From NCBI GenBank assembly GCA_042408215.1, contig JAYFMW010000003.1, forward strand, positions 160,001 to 224,000: a stretch of DNA of 64,000 nucleotides. The letters run 5' to 3'. Every line of letters begins with the position of its first letter. The stretch's first letter is position 1. This document shows positions 50,880 to 61,107 of the stretch, one piece after another. The notes beneath the pieces are model-generated. The model was not told where the DNA came from and searched no databases. It saw nothing but the letters and a program-made list of their open reading frames with translations. The position numbers and the translations under genes were made by a program. The stretch is from Microcoleus sp. (GTDB lineage Bacteria; Cyanobacteriota; Cyanobacteriia; Cyanobacteriales; Microcoleaceae).

Positions 50880-51065
50880 TTAGTCATTAGTCATTAGTCA
50901 TGAGTGATTAATTATTAATTATTTGTTGTTGGTTATGAGTTATTAGTTATTAGTTATTAGTTGCTATGTCCAACAAATAACAAACAACAAATAACAAATA
51001 ACAAACAACAAATAACAAATAACAAATAACAAATAACAACTGTCAACTGTCAACTGTCAACTGAC
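50880..51065. repeat. Heptamer tandem repeats (TTAGTCA, TTAGTTA, AACAAAT, CAACTGT)
   Basis: Directly visible. Confidence 0.85.
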
Positions 51066-51149
51066 TATTTATTGATTTTGGGCGATCGCGCTACCTTTTG
51101 CCGAAGGGATTACCCGAAATAACTGATTCGGTTTTCCTCACATGATAAC

Positions 51150-52481
51150 TCACAAAGGCAACCGCAGGAAAAAGGTGCTGCCACAGCCCAATTCGCTGCG
51201 GGTGCTGAGGCTACCGTGGTGCGCGCGGGCTATGGTTTGGGCGATCGCCAATCCCAGTCCCGATCCGCCGGTATGGCGCGAGCGATCGCTATTCACTCGG
51301 TAGAAGCGATCGAAAATTCGCCCTTGTTCGATCGCCGCAATCCCAAGACCGGTATCTTGAACCTGAATTATAGCCTCAATGTGACTGCAATCTAAAATAA
51401 CTGTTACTTTTCCTCCCGCCGGAGTGTATTGAATAGCATTAACAATTAAATTAGCAACTAGGCGATAAAGTTGGTCGGAATCGCCGACAACATTTAATTG
51501 CTGATGCACCCGCAATTCCGATGTTAGCGCTACCCCAGAGGCGATCGCCATTGCAGCCAATTCCTCGACTAAATCGCTAACAAGGTCATTCAAACAACAC
51601 AATTGAGGGCGATCGGGTATCCCTTGATTATCCATGCGCGCCAGCAAGAGCAAATCAGCAACTAACTGAGTCAATCGACGGTTTTGGCGATCGATCGTCC
51701 GCAAAATTTCCCGCGCCTCTTTTTCATCTAGTTGAGGCATCAACAGCGCCGATTCTACTGTCGCCTGGGAAGCCGCTAAAGGCGTCCGCAATTCGTGAGC
51801 AGCATCCGCTGTAAACTGTTGAATTTGTCGGTAGGAAGCATAAATCGGTTTCATGGCCAATCCTGCTAATAACCAACTAGAAAAGCCGATCAAAATTAAT
51901 GCTGTAGGCAATCCCAATTTCAAAATCAATTTAACTGTACTGAGATAATCATTGAAGTCTTGCAAGCTCCGCCCCACTTGAAAATATCCCCAATCTTGCT
52001 GTGTTTTGGTGTGTAGCGATACAGAAATTTGGTGATAAATATTGCCTTTGGTGTCAGTTATGGTTTGCCAGTGTTGGGAATTAAATGCTGGTGGTAATTC
52101 ATCTGGATAAGCGCCTGCTGTAGCAATCAATTTCCCCGAATAATCAAATAAACGAATATAGTAATAGCCTTGGTTGATAGCGCTTAAAATATGGCGATGG
52201 GGAATCGGTTCTTTAATGCCGTTAACTCCAATTAGGCGGAGGTTGGGCAAAAGTTCATTTACTATCGGTTCCAAGCGTCCTGGCTGCTGCAATTTGAGTT
52301 CTAGGCTGTCGTGTAGCGTCCCCGCTACCGATTCTAATTCCCGATCTATGGCTACCCAGTGAGCGTGGGCGATCGCCTTATATACGCCAATTCCTAATAA
52401 GCTTAAAATCAAACCCATTACAGCCGCATAGGAAATGGCTAATTGCGATCGAGTCCGGTTAAATAGTTTATTTTGATTCAT
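51150..52481 (-). CDS. rppB: Metal-responsive sensor histidine kinase (RppB/CopS-like)
   Basis: Two TM segments; FTADAAHELRTP H-box; NLIVNAIQYT, DTGLGI, GGSGLGL. Confidence 0.8.
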   Translation of the reverse strand: MNQNKLFNRTRSQLAISYAAVMGLILSLLGIGVYKAIAHAHWVAIDRELESVAGTLHDSLELKLQQPGRLEPIVNELLPNLRLIGVNGIKEPIPHRHILSAINQGYYYIRLFDYSGKLIATAGAYPDELPPAFNSQHWQTITDTKGNIYHQISVSLHTKTQQDWGYFQVGRSLQDFNDYLSTVKLILKLGLPTALILIGFSSWLLAGLAMKPIYASYRQIQQFTADAAHELRTPLAASQATVESALLMPQLDEKEAREILRTIDRQNRRLTQLVADLLLLARMDNQGIPDRPQLCCLNDLVSDLVEELAAMAIASGVALTSELRVHQQLNVVGDSDQLYRLVANLIVNAIQYTPAGGKVTVILDCSHIEAIIQVQDTGLGIAAIEQGRIFDRFYRVNSDRSRHTGGSGLGLAIAQTIARAHHGSLSTRSELGCGSTFFLRLPL

Positions 52482-52682
52482 TTTTCATCGTTTGCTAGTA
52501 GTTGGTAATTGGTCATTGGTCATTGGTAATTAGTTTTGGTAATTAGTTGGGGATGAGAGTTTTTTTTATTAACCGCAGAGGACGCAGAGGACGCAGAGGA
52601 GGAGAAAATAGAGAATCAGCTTGAAAAGATATATTTCTAAAAACAATAATCTGAAGCTTGCGAAATAATCATTAGAGATTTA

Positions 52683-52919
52683 TTACAATTCCTGATGTTT
52701 TAGGATTTCTGCATATTCGCTCATTCCGAGTTCTGCAAGTTGCCGATCTTCTTCGTAAAATTCGCTGTATAGTCCAGCTAAGTTACTTTCATCTACTGCT
52801 AGATTAGTAACTAATATGGCACGAAATTTCAGGAAGGCAATAAATTAAAAGACTTGTTTGATTTGTTCTAGATCGAGCTTTTCTAACTCTTGTTGGATTA
52901 AATCTTTCATGGCAGTCAT
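52683..52919 (-). pseudogene. Small DUF2281-like/antitoxin-like gene with one internal stop
   Basis: MTAMKDLIQQELEKLDLEQIKQVF*FIAFLKFR...EEDRQLAELGMSEY... Confidence 0.5.
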
Positions 52920-53076
52920 TTTTCCGATCGATTTTTCTATATTATAGCCCATATCTACTGGTTCCCAGGCCGAGCCTGGGAACCAGTTAAATTGTTAAGA
53001 ACAGGCAAGATGCCTGTTCCACAAAAATTTAATTTTCTTGTGGGGAGTAGGGGTTGGGCATCCGGCCCGCCCTAAT

Positions 53077-53766
53077 TTAATTTTTCATCCGGTATCCTAC
53101 GCCATGTACAGTTTCAATTAAATTCGCGCAGCCAACCGACTCAAGTTTGCGCCGCAGCAAGCGCACTTGAGCCGCTACCACATTGCTAAAGGTATCTGCA
53201 CTAGCCTCCCATAGCTGATTCCGAATTTGGTCAGTAGTGACAATTTGGTTCGGATGTTTCAGAAAGTATTCTAGCAGTTGAAACTCTTTATTTGTCAGTG
53301 AAATAATCTGGGTATTGCCACTTCCATCGAGATGGCAAACAGTTCGATTACCGCAGTCCAAAACCAGATTTCCTACCTGTAGCTTTTGCGGTTGAATTTG
53401 GGGCGATCGCCTTTGCAAAGCCCGCAATCTTGCTAACAGTTCTGCCATCCCAAACGGCTTCACTAAATAATCGTCAGCCCCGGCATCTAGTCCGGCAACT
53501 TTATCTTCCATTCGGTCTTTTGCTGTTAGCATCAATACGGGCAATGCGCTATGTTTAGCACGCAATCTCCGCAGCAGTTCTAATCCTGACAATCCTGGTA
53601 GCAGCCAGTCAAAAATCGCCAGGTTGTATTGAGTCCAATGACTTTCTAAGTATTCCCAAGCTTCATTGCCATCCTGGGCCCAGTCAACTATATATTTTTC
53701 TTGCTTCAAAGTGCGATCGATCGCTTTCCCTAAATCTGGCTCATCTTCAACTAGCAAAACTCTCAT
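53077..53766 (-). CDS. rppA: OmpR-family response regulator (RppA/CopR-like)
   Basis: LLVEDE, IFDWLLPG, LTAKD, DDYLVKPF, IETVHGVGY. Confidence 0.82.
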   Translation of the reverse strand: MRVLLVEDEPDLGKAIDRTLKQEKYIVDWAQDGNEAWEYLESHWTQYNLAIFDWLLPGLSGLELLRRLRAKHSALPVLMLTAKDRMEDKVAGLDAGADDYLVKPFGMAELLARLRALQRRSPQIQPQKLQVGNLVLDCGNRTVCHLDGSGNTQIISLTNKEFQLLEYFLKHPNQIVTTDQIRNQLWEASADTFSNVVAAQVRLLRRKLESVGCANLIETVHGVGYRMKN

Positions 53767-53929
53767 AACTCTAATTTACAATTGATATGCTGATTACAGC
53801 AAATTAGTTAGATTGGGATTTTTTTACCGCAGATATCAGCCGATGAACACAGATGAACGCTGATAGAATTTCATTCTGCATTTATCTGCGGTTAAAAAAA
53901 CCTTCCTACGGTAGGGTATTTTCTGTTAT

Positions 53930-54433
53930 CTATTGATTAAAAGTAAAACGACCGTTTACTTTTTCTCCGTTAATATCCGCAGTCACCTTCACTGGATATT
54001 GTCCGGCCTCTTGGCCGGGAAATACCACGGCGTAATGTTTGCCATCAGCATCATATTTGAGGGCTAGGGTTTGCTGTTTTCCACTCGGTAACTGCACTTG
54101 TGCCGTCACTTTTGCGTTGGGGACTGGTTCGCGTTTGTCACCTTTTTGTAAATAAAAATCTAAATGAGTTCCCGTAGCTTCTTTTGCAGCTACAAACTCT
54201 AAGTGATAAGCTCCCGATTCTACAACTTGACCCCCTTTAGATGCTTTAGGATTGGCCGTTTTATCGGCTGCGCCTGGGGCCGCAGTTGGAGCAGAAGACG
54301 CAGGTTGAGAGGCCACAGGAGCGGATGTTGGGCTGCTATTTGGATCGCTTGCTTGGTCGCCTTTACTGCAAGCTCCCAAAAACAGCAATCCGACACTCGC
54401 TAGAACAATTAAATTTGACTTGAGCGATTTCAT
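53930..54433 (-). CDS. Lipoprotein accessory to the RND metal efflux system (CopC-like in copBAC nomenclature)
   Basis: Lipobox LGAC; GGQVVESGAYHLE..HLDFYL; downstream of the CusA-family gene. Confidence 0.7.
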   Translation of the reverse strand: MKSLKSNLIVLASVGLLFLGACSKGDQASDPNSSPTSAPVASQPASSAPTAAPGAADKTANPKASKGGQVVESGAYHLEFVAAKEATGTHLDFYLQKGDKREPVPNAKVTAQVQLPSGKQQTLALKYDADGKHYAVVFPGQEAGQYPVKVTADINGEKVNGRFTFNQ

Positions 54434-54461
54434 TTGTTTGACTCCTTGCTGACAATAATTA

Positions 54462-54572
54462 CAGGACTTACGCATCAGACTAAAGAAACCGGGTTTTTTA
54501 CTCAAACTGTCGGCTACAACGAAGGATTTTTGTGAAAAAACCCGGTTTCTGACTACCCATGTGTAAGTCTTG
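54462..54572. mobile_element. MITE with CAGGACTTACGCA-type TIRs enclosing an AAACCGGGTTT/AAACCCGGTTT doublet
   Basis: CAGGACTTACGCA (54462) and TGTGTAAGTCTTG (54560-54572). Confidence 0.65.
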
Positions 54573-54584
54573 AATTATAAAATA

Positions 54585-57500
54585 TCACACTTTAAATACT
54601 TTTCCGTCTTCAATAACTGGCTGAGGTTGTTGAGGTCGTAAAAAATGCCCAAATTGAGCATACAAAGCTGGCAAAACTAACAGCGTTAGTGCTGTAGAAG
54701 TAAACAATCCTCCTAAAACTACTACAGACAATGGTTGCAGAATTTCCTTTCCGGGGCCGCCTTCTAAGACTAAAGGTGCTAAACCTAAAGCTGAAGTTGA
54801 AGCTGTCATCAAAATAGCATTGAGCCGTTCCATCGAGCCTTTGATAATTGCTTCTTTTAAAGGCATTCCTTCGGCAAATTTAGTGTTGTAGTTGTCTACT
54901 AATAACAAGCCGTTGCGGGTAGCAACGCCAAATAAAGTGACAAATCCAACTAAAGAAGCTACAGAGATTATGCCGCCAGTCAAAGCTACAGAAATTACTC
55001 CTCCCACTAATCCGATCGGCAAATTAATCATAATCATAGCAGTTGAAGGAATTGACTTGACAGAAAGGTACATTAATACTGTAATGACAACAAAGGCGAT
55101 CGCACTAAATACCATAATATTTTGCGAAGCTCTTTGCTCGGCTTCAAATTGACCGCCATACTGGATAAAGTAGCCAAAAGGCAACTGCACCTCTCGTTTT
55201 ACTTTAGCTTGAATTTCATTCACAACCGATCGCAAATCTCGACCTTTAGCATTCGCCGCAGCTACAATCAAGCGAGAAACATTCTCGCGGTTAATCGTAT
55301 TGGGGCCCGTACCGTATTTTACAGTAGCAACTTGGGCGAGAGGAATTTTACCCCCCCTTTCATCCCCCCCTTTATAAGGGGGGGAAAGAGGGGTTTCATC
55401 CCCCCCTTTATAAGGGGGGGAAAGAGGGGGGGTATCAACCAACAAATTCTGAATAGTTTCTAAGTTATTTCTAGCTTCAGGCTGCAACCAAACAAATAAA
55501 TCAAAAGTTTGCTGCGCTTCCAAAACTTGAGACACAACTTTGCCATTCAAAGCTGTCTCAATTATTTCAGAAAGTTCTCCGATTTTCAAACCGTATCTAC
55601 CCGCAGCTTGGCGGTTAAACTTAATTTGAATCTGCTGCACCGGCACTTGGGGTTCGAGTTGCAAGTCTACAAGGCCTTCAACAGTTTTCATTTGCTCTTC
55701 CACTTTGGCACCGATGGTGCGAAGCTGATTCAAATCTGGGCCAAAGATTTTGACAGCAATTTGACTTCTGACACCGGATAAAACCTCATCCATCCTGTGA
55801 GAAATAAAACCGCCGATATTTGGTGCAACTCCCGGTAATTTAGCAAATTCCTGTCGCAATGATTCCAAAGTTTTCGGCCGATTTTTCATGCCCTCCTCGC
55901 TCAAACCGATATCAATGTGAGCCAAATTGACACCCGCAGCATCAGCATCTCCCGGAGCTCTGCCCGATCGCACTTGCACGTATCCAAACCTGGTATCATG
56001 CTTAAGTGCATCTTCGATCGCAAAAGCCGCGCTATTGGTCGTTTCCAAAGACACCCCCGGATAAAGTAGAATAGTATTCACCAAAGTTTGCTCTTGAAAC
56101 TCCGGCAAAAACACCCGTCCAAAAGATGGCAAAATAATTAATGCTGCCACTATGCTAGCAGCAGCAAAAGCTAAAATAATCCCTGAATAACGCATTGACA
56201 ATTGTATAAAAAAATGATATATTTTCTTGCAAAATCTCGGCAGCCAAGGTTCTTGTGAACTCATGTGTTTGTTAGGCAACAAGATAGCGCAAAGGGCCGG
56301 AGATATTAACAGCGATTCCAGACTAGAAATCACCACAACTACCAGATAAGTAATCCCCATAGGCGTAAAAATTCGACCTTCTACACCGGGCAAAGTAAAA
56401 ATTGGCGAAAACACAACAATGCCAATGACAGTCGCTCCAATTAACGAATCGCGCACCTCCTGACTGCCATCAAAAATCACATCCATCACCGGGCGAGGAT
56501 GATAAGATAACGTATTTTCTCTCAAGTTGCGGTAGGTATTTTCGGCATAAACAATCGCATCGTCGATCGCAGTGCCGATCGCCACCGACAACCCACCCAA
56601 GGTCATCGTATTCAATCCCAGCCCTAGCCAATTCATCGCCAGCAGCCCGAAAAGCCAAGTTAGGAAGAAATCGAGCAAAACCACCGTCAGAGTCCGCCAA
56701 TTCATCAAAAACGGGATGAGGATAATGGTGACGATGATACTGCCTTCAACTAAAGCCGATCGCACATTTTCCACCGAAGAATTGATATACTCTTCCTGGC
56801 GGAAAGTCACAGTAACTTTAATATCTTTCGGCAAAGCTTGCTGCACCTGGGCCATTGCCGCTTCCACAGCTTTAGTTACCGTCGGAGTATCAGCAACAGG
56901 CTGTCTATTTACCATCACAATCACAGCTTTTTTGCCGTTAAAACTGCCATCGCCCCGCTTGATAGCAGCACCAATCTTGACATCAGCTACATCAGCAATT
57001 CTGACGACGGTTCCTTGGCGAGAGGCGATCGCAGATTGCTGCAAATCTTCCACAGATTCAATCCGACCAACTCCCCGAATCAAAGTTTCTTGATCCGGCG
57101 TAATTAAATAGCCACCGGGCGCGTTAGCATTCGCAGCCGCCGCCGCTTCGGCAACTTGCTGCAAAGATACATTAAAAGCTTTCAATTTGGCTGGTTCAAC
57201 TAATACTTGATACTGCCTTTCTTCGCCGCCGTAGGCCACCACTTGAGCAACGCCAGTCACTGCTAAAAGCCGATTTGTGACTTGCCAATCAACCAGACGG
57301 CGCACTTCCATCAAAGGAGTAGTTTCTGATGTAAAAGCATAGGTGATAACAGTGCCGACAGGTGAAGTTGTCGGAGAAATTTGCGGTGCTTCTACTCCTG
57401 CGGGGAGCTTGCTTTGAGCTTGCTGTAACCTTTCTGTAATCAATTGGCGAGCTTGATAAATTTCAGTTCCCCAATCAAAGATCACTTTGACAACAGAAAT

Positions 57501-57767
57501 ACCCACAGCAGAAGATGAACGGACTGCTGTCACCCCAGGAGTTCCATTAATCGCACTCTCGATCGGCAATGTTACCAAAGACTCGATTTCTTCCGGTGCT
57601 AAACCCGGTGCTTCCGTCTGGATTTCTACCTGTGGCGGCGCAAAAGGGGGGAAGACATCCAGCGGCATTTTGGGAATGATATAAAATGTCCAAAGACTAA
57701 CAATAATGGTGGCGAGAACAACTAGCCAGCGGCGGTTAATTACCCATCTGAGAATAGTGCTGAACAT
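54585..57767 (-). CDS. CusA/CzcA-family heavy-metal efflux RND transporter
   Basis: LDVFP, GLAPEEIESLVTLPIE, IDDAIVYAEN, YGGQFE, ERLNAILMT; 1060 aa. Confidence 0.93.
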   Translation of the reverse strand: MFSTILRWVINRRWLVVLATIIVSLWTFYIIPKMPLDVFPPFAPPQVEIQTEAPGLAPEEIESLVTLPIESAINGTPGVTAVRSSSAVGISVVKVIFDWGTEIYQARQLITERLQQAQSKLPAGVEAPQISPTTSPVGTVITYAFTSETTPLMEVRRLVDWQVTNRLLAVTGVAQVVAYGGEERQYQVLVEPAKLKAFNVSLQQVAEAAAAANANAPGGYLITPDQETLIRGVGRIESVEDLQQSAIASRQGTVVRIADVADVKIGAAIKRGDGSFNGKKAVIVMVNRQPVADTPTVTKAVEAAMAQVQQALPKDIKVTVTFRQEEYINSSVENVRSALVEGSIIVTIILIPFLMNWRTLTVVLLDFFLTWLFGLLAMNWLGLGLNTMTLGGLSVAIGTAIDDAIVYAENTYRNLRENTLSYHPRPVMDVIFDGSQEVRDSLIGATVIGIVVFSPIFTLPGVEGRIFTPMGITYLVVVVISSLESLLISPALCAILLPNKHMSSQEPWLPRFCKKIYHFFIQLSMRYSGIILAFAAASIVAALIILPSFGRVFLPEFQEQTLVNTILLYPGVSLETTNSAAFAIEDALKHDTRFGYVQVRSGRAPGDADAAGVNLAHIDIGLSEEGMKNRPKTLESLRQEFAKLPGVAPNIGGFISHRMDEVLSGVRSQIAVKIFGPDLNQLRTIGAKVEEQMKTVEGLVDLQLEPQVPVQQIQIKFNRQAAGRYGLKIGELSEIIETALNGKVVSQVLEAQQTFDLFVWLQPEARNNLETIQNLLVDTPPLSPPYKGGDETPLSPPYKGGDERGGKIPLAQVATVKYGTGPNTINRENVSRLIVAAANAKGRDLRSVVNEIQAKVKREVQLPFGYFIQYGGQFEAEQRASQNIMVFSAIAFVVITVLMYLSVKSIPSTAMIMINLPIGLVGGVISVALTGGIISVASLVGFVTLFGVATRNGLLLVDNYNTKFAEGMPLKEAIIKGSMERLNAILMTASTSALGLAPLVLEGGPGKEILQPLSVVVLGGLFTSTALTLLVLPALYAQFGHFLRPQQPQPVIEDGKVFKV
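55351..55432. repeat. In-frame tandem palindromic insertion inside the RND gene
   Basis: Two copies of a CCCCCC-TTTATAA-GGGGGG hairpin unit encoding PLSPPYKGGDE twice. Confidence 0.85.
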
Positions 57768-57875
57768 TTAATAATTTGGTAATTGGGCATAAGGAATAGC
57801 TGTAGGGTGCGTCGCCATCTAGAATTCTCAAAAAAAGCGACAATCTCGCAGCGACGCACCTTACTAATTACAGGA

Positions 57876-59744
57876 TTATGCTTTATTCCTGACATCCGTT
57901 ACATCCGTTACATCCGTTAAAAAATCCGCTGCCGAACTTTCTTCGCGCCGATTTCCCCAGAAGGCACCGGCTGCAAAAGTCACAGATGCGATCGCCATAC
58001 CTCCTCCTACTCCCGCCCACAAAGGCACGGGAAAACTGTTAAAATTAACCTCTGTCACCTTGGGACTTGCTTCCTTCTTTTCCTCACCTTTTGATTGTTT
58101 CTTGCCGCCCCGCAAAGATTGAGCGTAAAGTTGAGGTGCGCGCTGAGTAACGATTAAATCTCCCTCGAACAAACCGCTCTTAATTTCCACTAAATCCCCG
58201 GAAGTTTGACCGATTTCGACTTCAACAGCTTGAAACGCATCGCCGTTTTTGACATAAACTAAATGTTTGCCATTTGCTTCTACCGCTGCTGAATTAGGAA
58301 TTGCCAAAATATTTGTTAAAGTTTTGTCGGTTAAAATTTCCAACTCGGCAAACATTCCCGGTTTCAAAACTGCCTCGGCATTATCCAATTGAGCTTTCAC
58401 CGCCACAGTGCGGGTTTCTCCTGTAACTGCCGACCCAATTAAGCTAATTTTCCCAGTGAAAGTGCGGTTGGGTAAACTAGCTATTTTTATCCTCACTTCT
58501 TGACCATTTTTAACTTGATTTAGGTCTTTTTCATAAATATTTCCTGTGGCAAAAACGCTGCTGTCATTTAATACGATCATCAGCGGTTTTTCAGCGGAGT
58601 TTACTGATTCACCAGGAGTGATTTCGCGATCGGCTACAGTCCCAGAAATGGGAGCTAGAACAGTGACAAGTCCTTGTTCGTTGGCAACAGTTCCTAATTG
58701 TTGGAGGCGCGCTTGATAGGCTGAACTGCTGAGGCTAACGCGGGACTGAGCTACTTCTAAAGCGGCTTTAGCCCGCTTGAGTTGAGCCTCGGCTTCTAGA
58801 ACTTCCCGGCGGCTCAAAGCTTTGGTAAGTTGAGCTTTTGCTTCTGCAACTTTGCCTTGAGAATCCCGCAATTCGCGCATGGGAATGTCTACTTCAGCTT
58901 GTTTTATTTCGGTTTCGGCTTTGATAACTTCTGGACGGCTTTTTGCCTTAGCAACAGTGGCTTTTGCTTCGGCGAAGTGAGCTTGCGATTCCAGCATTGT
59001 ACGTCGCGCGATCGCTCCGGCGGCAACCAATTCTTTGTCGCGCTCAAACTGTTCTTTGGCAATCGTCAGTTCAGTTTCGGCCCGCACTATTTCTGCTTGC
59101 GATATCTCAACCTGACGCTGATAGTTTTCTTTAGCAACTTTCACAACTGAACGATTATTTACCAAGTTTTGCTCTCCTTCGTATTGCTGAGTTGCCGCTG
59201 TCAGTTGGGTTTGGGCTTGGGCGATTTCCGCTGCGGATATTTGCACTTGGCGATCGTAATTTTCTTGAGCTAACTTAAAGTTAGCCTGCGCCTGCTGCAA
59301 ATCGCCTTCAGCTTCGGCTCGTTTTGCGATCGATTCCACGCGCAATTGCCCTAATTCTGAACTAGATAAAACAGCAAGGGGTTGACCTTTAGAAACTTTG
59401 TCCCCAGGCTTGACTAACAATTCTACCACAGTGCCACTAACCGGAGCCCGAACCTCTACTTTTTGGTTGGGCAAAGTTTCAATTTGTCCTGTAGTTTTAA
59501 TCCCAACAGATAGCCGCTGAGCTTTAACAGGTTCAACTTTGATTCCAATTCGCTTTGAGGTTTCAGCATCAACAGAAATAGCATCAGGAATCTGAGCAGC
59601 ATCACCTCCGCTTTGGTGAAATTCATTGCCATGTCCCGCGTGGGCAAAAACGGCGGCGGTATCAATGAATAACAAAAGACTCAGGAGTATTCCCGAAAAG
59701 TAAAATATCGCTGCTGGGGAGTGGAAACGGCGACAAGATTGCAT
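57876..59744 (-). CDS. RND efflux periplasmic adaptor (CopB/CusB-like)
   Basis: HAGHG N-terminus, APVSGTV..LLVKPGD lipoyl half-motifs, long coiled coil, LKPGMFA. Confidence 0.9.
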   Translation of the reverse strand: MQSCRRFHSPAAIFYFSGILLSLLLFIDTAAVFAHAGHGNEFHQSGGDAAQIPDAISVDAETSKRIGIKVEPVKAQRLSVGIKTTGQIETLPNQKVEVRAPVSGTVVELLVKPGDKVSKGQPLAVLSSSELGQLRVESIAKRAEAEGDLQQAQANFKLAQENYDRQVQISAAEIAQAQTQLTAATQQYEGEQNLVNNRSVVKVAKENYQRQVEISQAEIVRAETELTIAKEQFERDKELVAAGAIARRTMLESQAHFAEAKATVAKAKSRPEVIKAETEIKQAEVDIPMRELRDSQGKVAEAKAQLTKALSRREVLEAEAQLKRAKAALEVAQSRVSLSSSAYQARLQQLGTVANEQGLVTVLAPISGTVADREITPGESVNSAEKPLMIVLNDSSVFATGNIYEKDLNQVKNGQEVRIKIASLPNRTFTGKISLIGSAVTGETRTVAVKAQLDNAEAVLKPGMFAELEILTDKTLTNILAIPNSAAVEANGKHLVYVKNGDAFQAVEVEIGQTSGDLVEIKSGLFEGDLIVTQRAPQLYAQSLRGGKKQSKGEEKKEASPKVTEVNFNSFPVPLWAGVGGGMAIASVTFAAGAFWGNRREESSAADFLTDVTDVTDVRNKA

Positions 59745-59793
59745 GATTTAGTAGGGGCGAATCTGAACTAAAAGATCAGTTTTGCAGAGCGCA

Positions 59794-59810
59794 ATGAAAT
59801 CAGGATGAAA
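59794..59810 (-). promoter_or_regulatory. CopR-type direct-repeat box TTTCAT-N5-TTTCAT upstream of the RND operon
   Basis: Plus strand reads ATGAAA TCAGG ATGAAA; same architecture at 60713-60729. Confidence 0.75.
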
Positions 59811-59954
59811 TATGGTAAATAAGTCGGTACAAATAAATACAACATTGGGTGGGGCCGGGTTTACGAGATTATCTGTTTGAGGCAATTATTGTTGGTAAAA
59901 CCCGCCCCTACAATTCCCGACTCGATCTTATTGTTTTTTTGGCTGACCTACTTA

Positions 59955-60662
59955 TTACTGTTTGTACCAAGTTTTACGCCACTCTTTCATTTGCTGAATT
60001 TCTTGCTTTTGCGAAGCCAGAATCTCTTGGGACAATTTCTTCATTTCCGGCCGTTTAGACTTCTTCAAAGCATCTTCAGCCATCACTAAAGCTCCTTCGT
60101 GGTGGGGAATCATCGCATTCAGAAACCGCAAATCAAATTGAGCGTCAGCAGCACCTAAATCCATGCTCATCATCATGTTTTGCATCTGTTCGGGAGTCAT
60201 TGCCATCATGTGACCCATTTGAGCGTGATAAGCCATTGGTGTATTGTCGGCTTTCGGATACCAAGTTTTTCGCCACTCTTTCATTTGATTGATTTCGCGT
60301 TTCTGAGCGGCAATTATGTTAGTAGCAAGTTTTTTCATTTCCGGGCGTTTGGATTGTTTAATCACATCTTGAGCCATGTTTACAGCACCTTGATGATGAA
60401 CTGTCATCCCATCAATAAATCGCAAATCGTAGTCGGCATCTGCGGGGCCTAAGTCCATTGACATACTGTGATTCATGTCACCCATGTCGCCGCCTTGTGC
60501 CACGTCTTGCTTGTTATTCGCTTCGGTTGCTGCGGTAATATTTGGGGCTTGAGTTTGACTTAAAGGAGCTTTTGAACAAGCTGCTAGCACTCCGCTGGTT
60601 AGGGCTGCTGTGCAGGTTAATGTCAGCGCTGCAAAGCCTGTTTTTAATGAAACTGGTTTCAT
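59955..60662 (-). CDS. copM: DUF305 Met/His-rich copper-binding lipoprotein (CopM-like)
   Basis: Lipobox LAAC; two DLRF..M..HH.GA..MA repeats; Met-rich linker. Confidence 0.8.
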   Translation of the reverse strand: MKPVSLKTGFAALTLTCTAALTSGVLAACSKAPLSQTQAPNITAATEANNKQDVAQGGDMGDMNHSMSMDLGPADADYDLRFIDGMTVHHQGAVNMAQDVIKQSKRPEMKKLATNIIAAQKREINQMKEWRKTWYPKADNTPMAYHAQMGHMMAMTPEQMQNMMMSMDLGAADAQFDLRFLNAMIPHHEGALVMAEDALKKSKRPEMKKLSQEILASQKQEIQQMKEWRKTWYKQ

Positions 60663-60712
60663 AGATTTTAGATCCTTAAAATTGCTATTTATATTCAGCT
60701 TGTCACGGAAAT

Positions 60713-60729
60713 ATGAAATTAGGATGAAA
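60713..60729 (-). promoter_or_regulatory. CopR-type box upstream of copM
   Basis: Plus strand reads ATGAAA TTAGG ATGAAA, about 50 bp upstream of the start, the same offset as the box before the adaptor gene. Confidence 0.75.
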
Positions 60730-60772
60730 TTTACGATCGTCTAAAATCTAGAATTTAAAATCTAAAATTGAC

Positions 60773-60804
60773 TTTACTCTCTTGCTAACAGGAGACTGTA
60801 TAAT
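60773..60804 (+). promoter_or_regulatory. MerR-type promoter with long spacer and internal dyad
   Basis: TTTACT-20 bp-TATAAT with dyad TCTCTTG-CTAA-CAGGAGA between the boxes. Confidence 0.6.
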
Positions 60805-60853
60805 TAAATTAATTCACTGATGCAGCAGAGTAGTTTCTGCTGAGGTTGAAATT

Positions 60854-61048
60854 ATGACTCTACAGTTAAAAGTTCCCAAAATGGCTTGTTCGGCTTGTGC
60901 GAATACGATCGCACAAGCAGTCAAAACCCTCGATCCAGCCGCTGTTGTTGAGGCAGATCTCAAGACAAAATTGGTCAAAATTCAAACCGCTAAGTCGGAA
61001 AGTGAAGTCAAATTTGCGATCGAAACGGCTGGCTATCCAGTCATCTGA
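60854..61048 (+). CDS. Heavy-metal-associated (CopZ/Atx1-like) chaperone
   Basis: MACSAC motif; 64 aa; AGY C-terminus. Confidence 0.9.
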   Translation: MTLQLKVPKMACSACANTIAQAVKTLDPAAVVEADLKTKLVKIQTAKSESEVKFAIETAGYPVI

Positions 61049-61107
61049 AAGCAGAGTGCTACAGACAGCAAAAAAATAGTGATTTTGCCTAATTTAGGAG
61101 TCCATAT

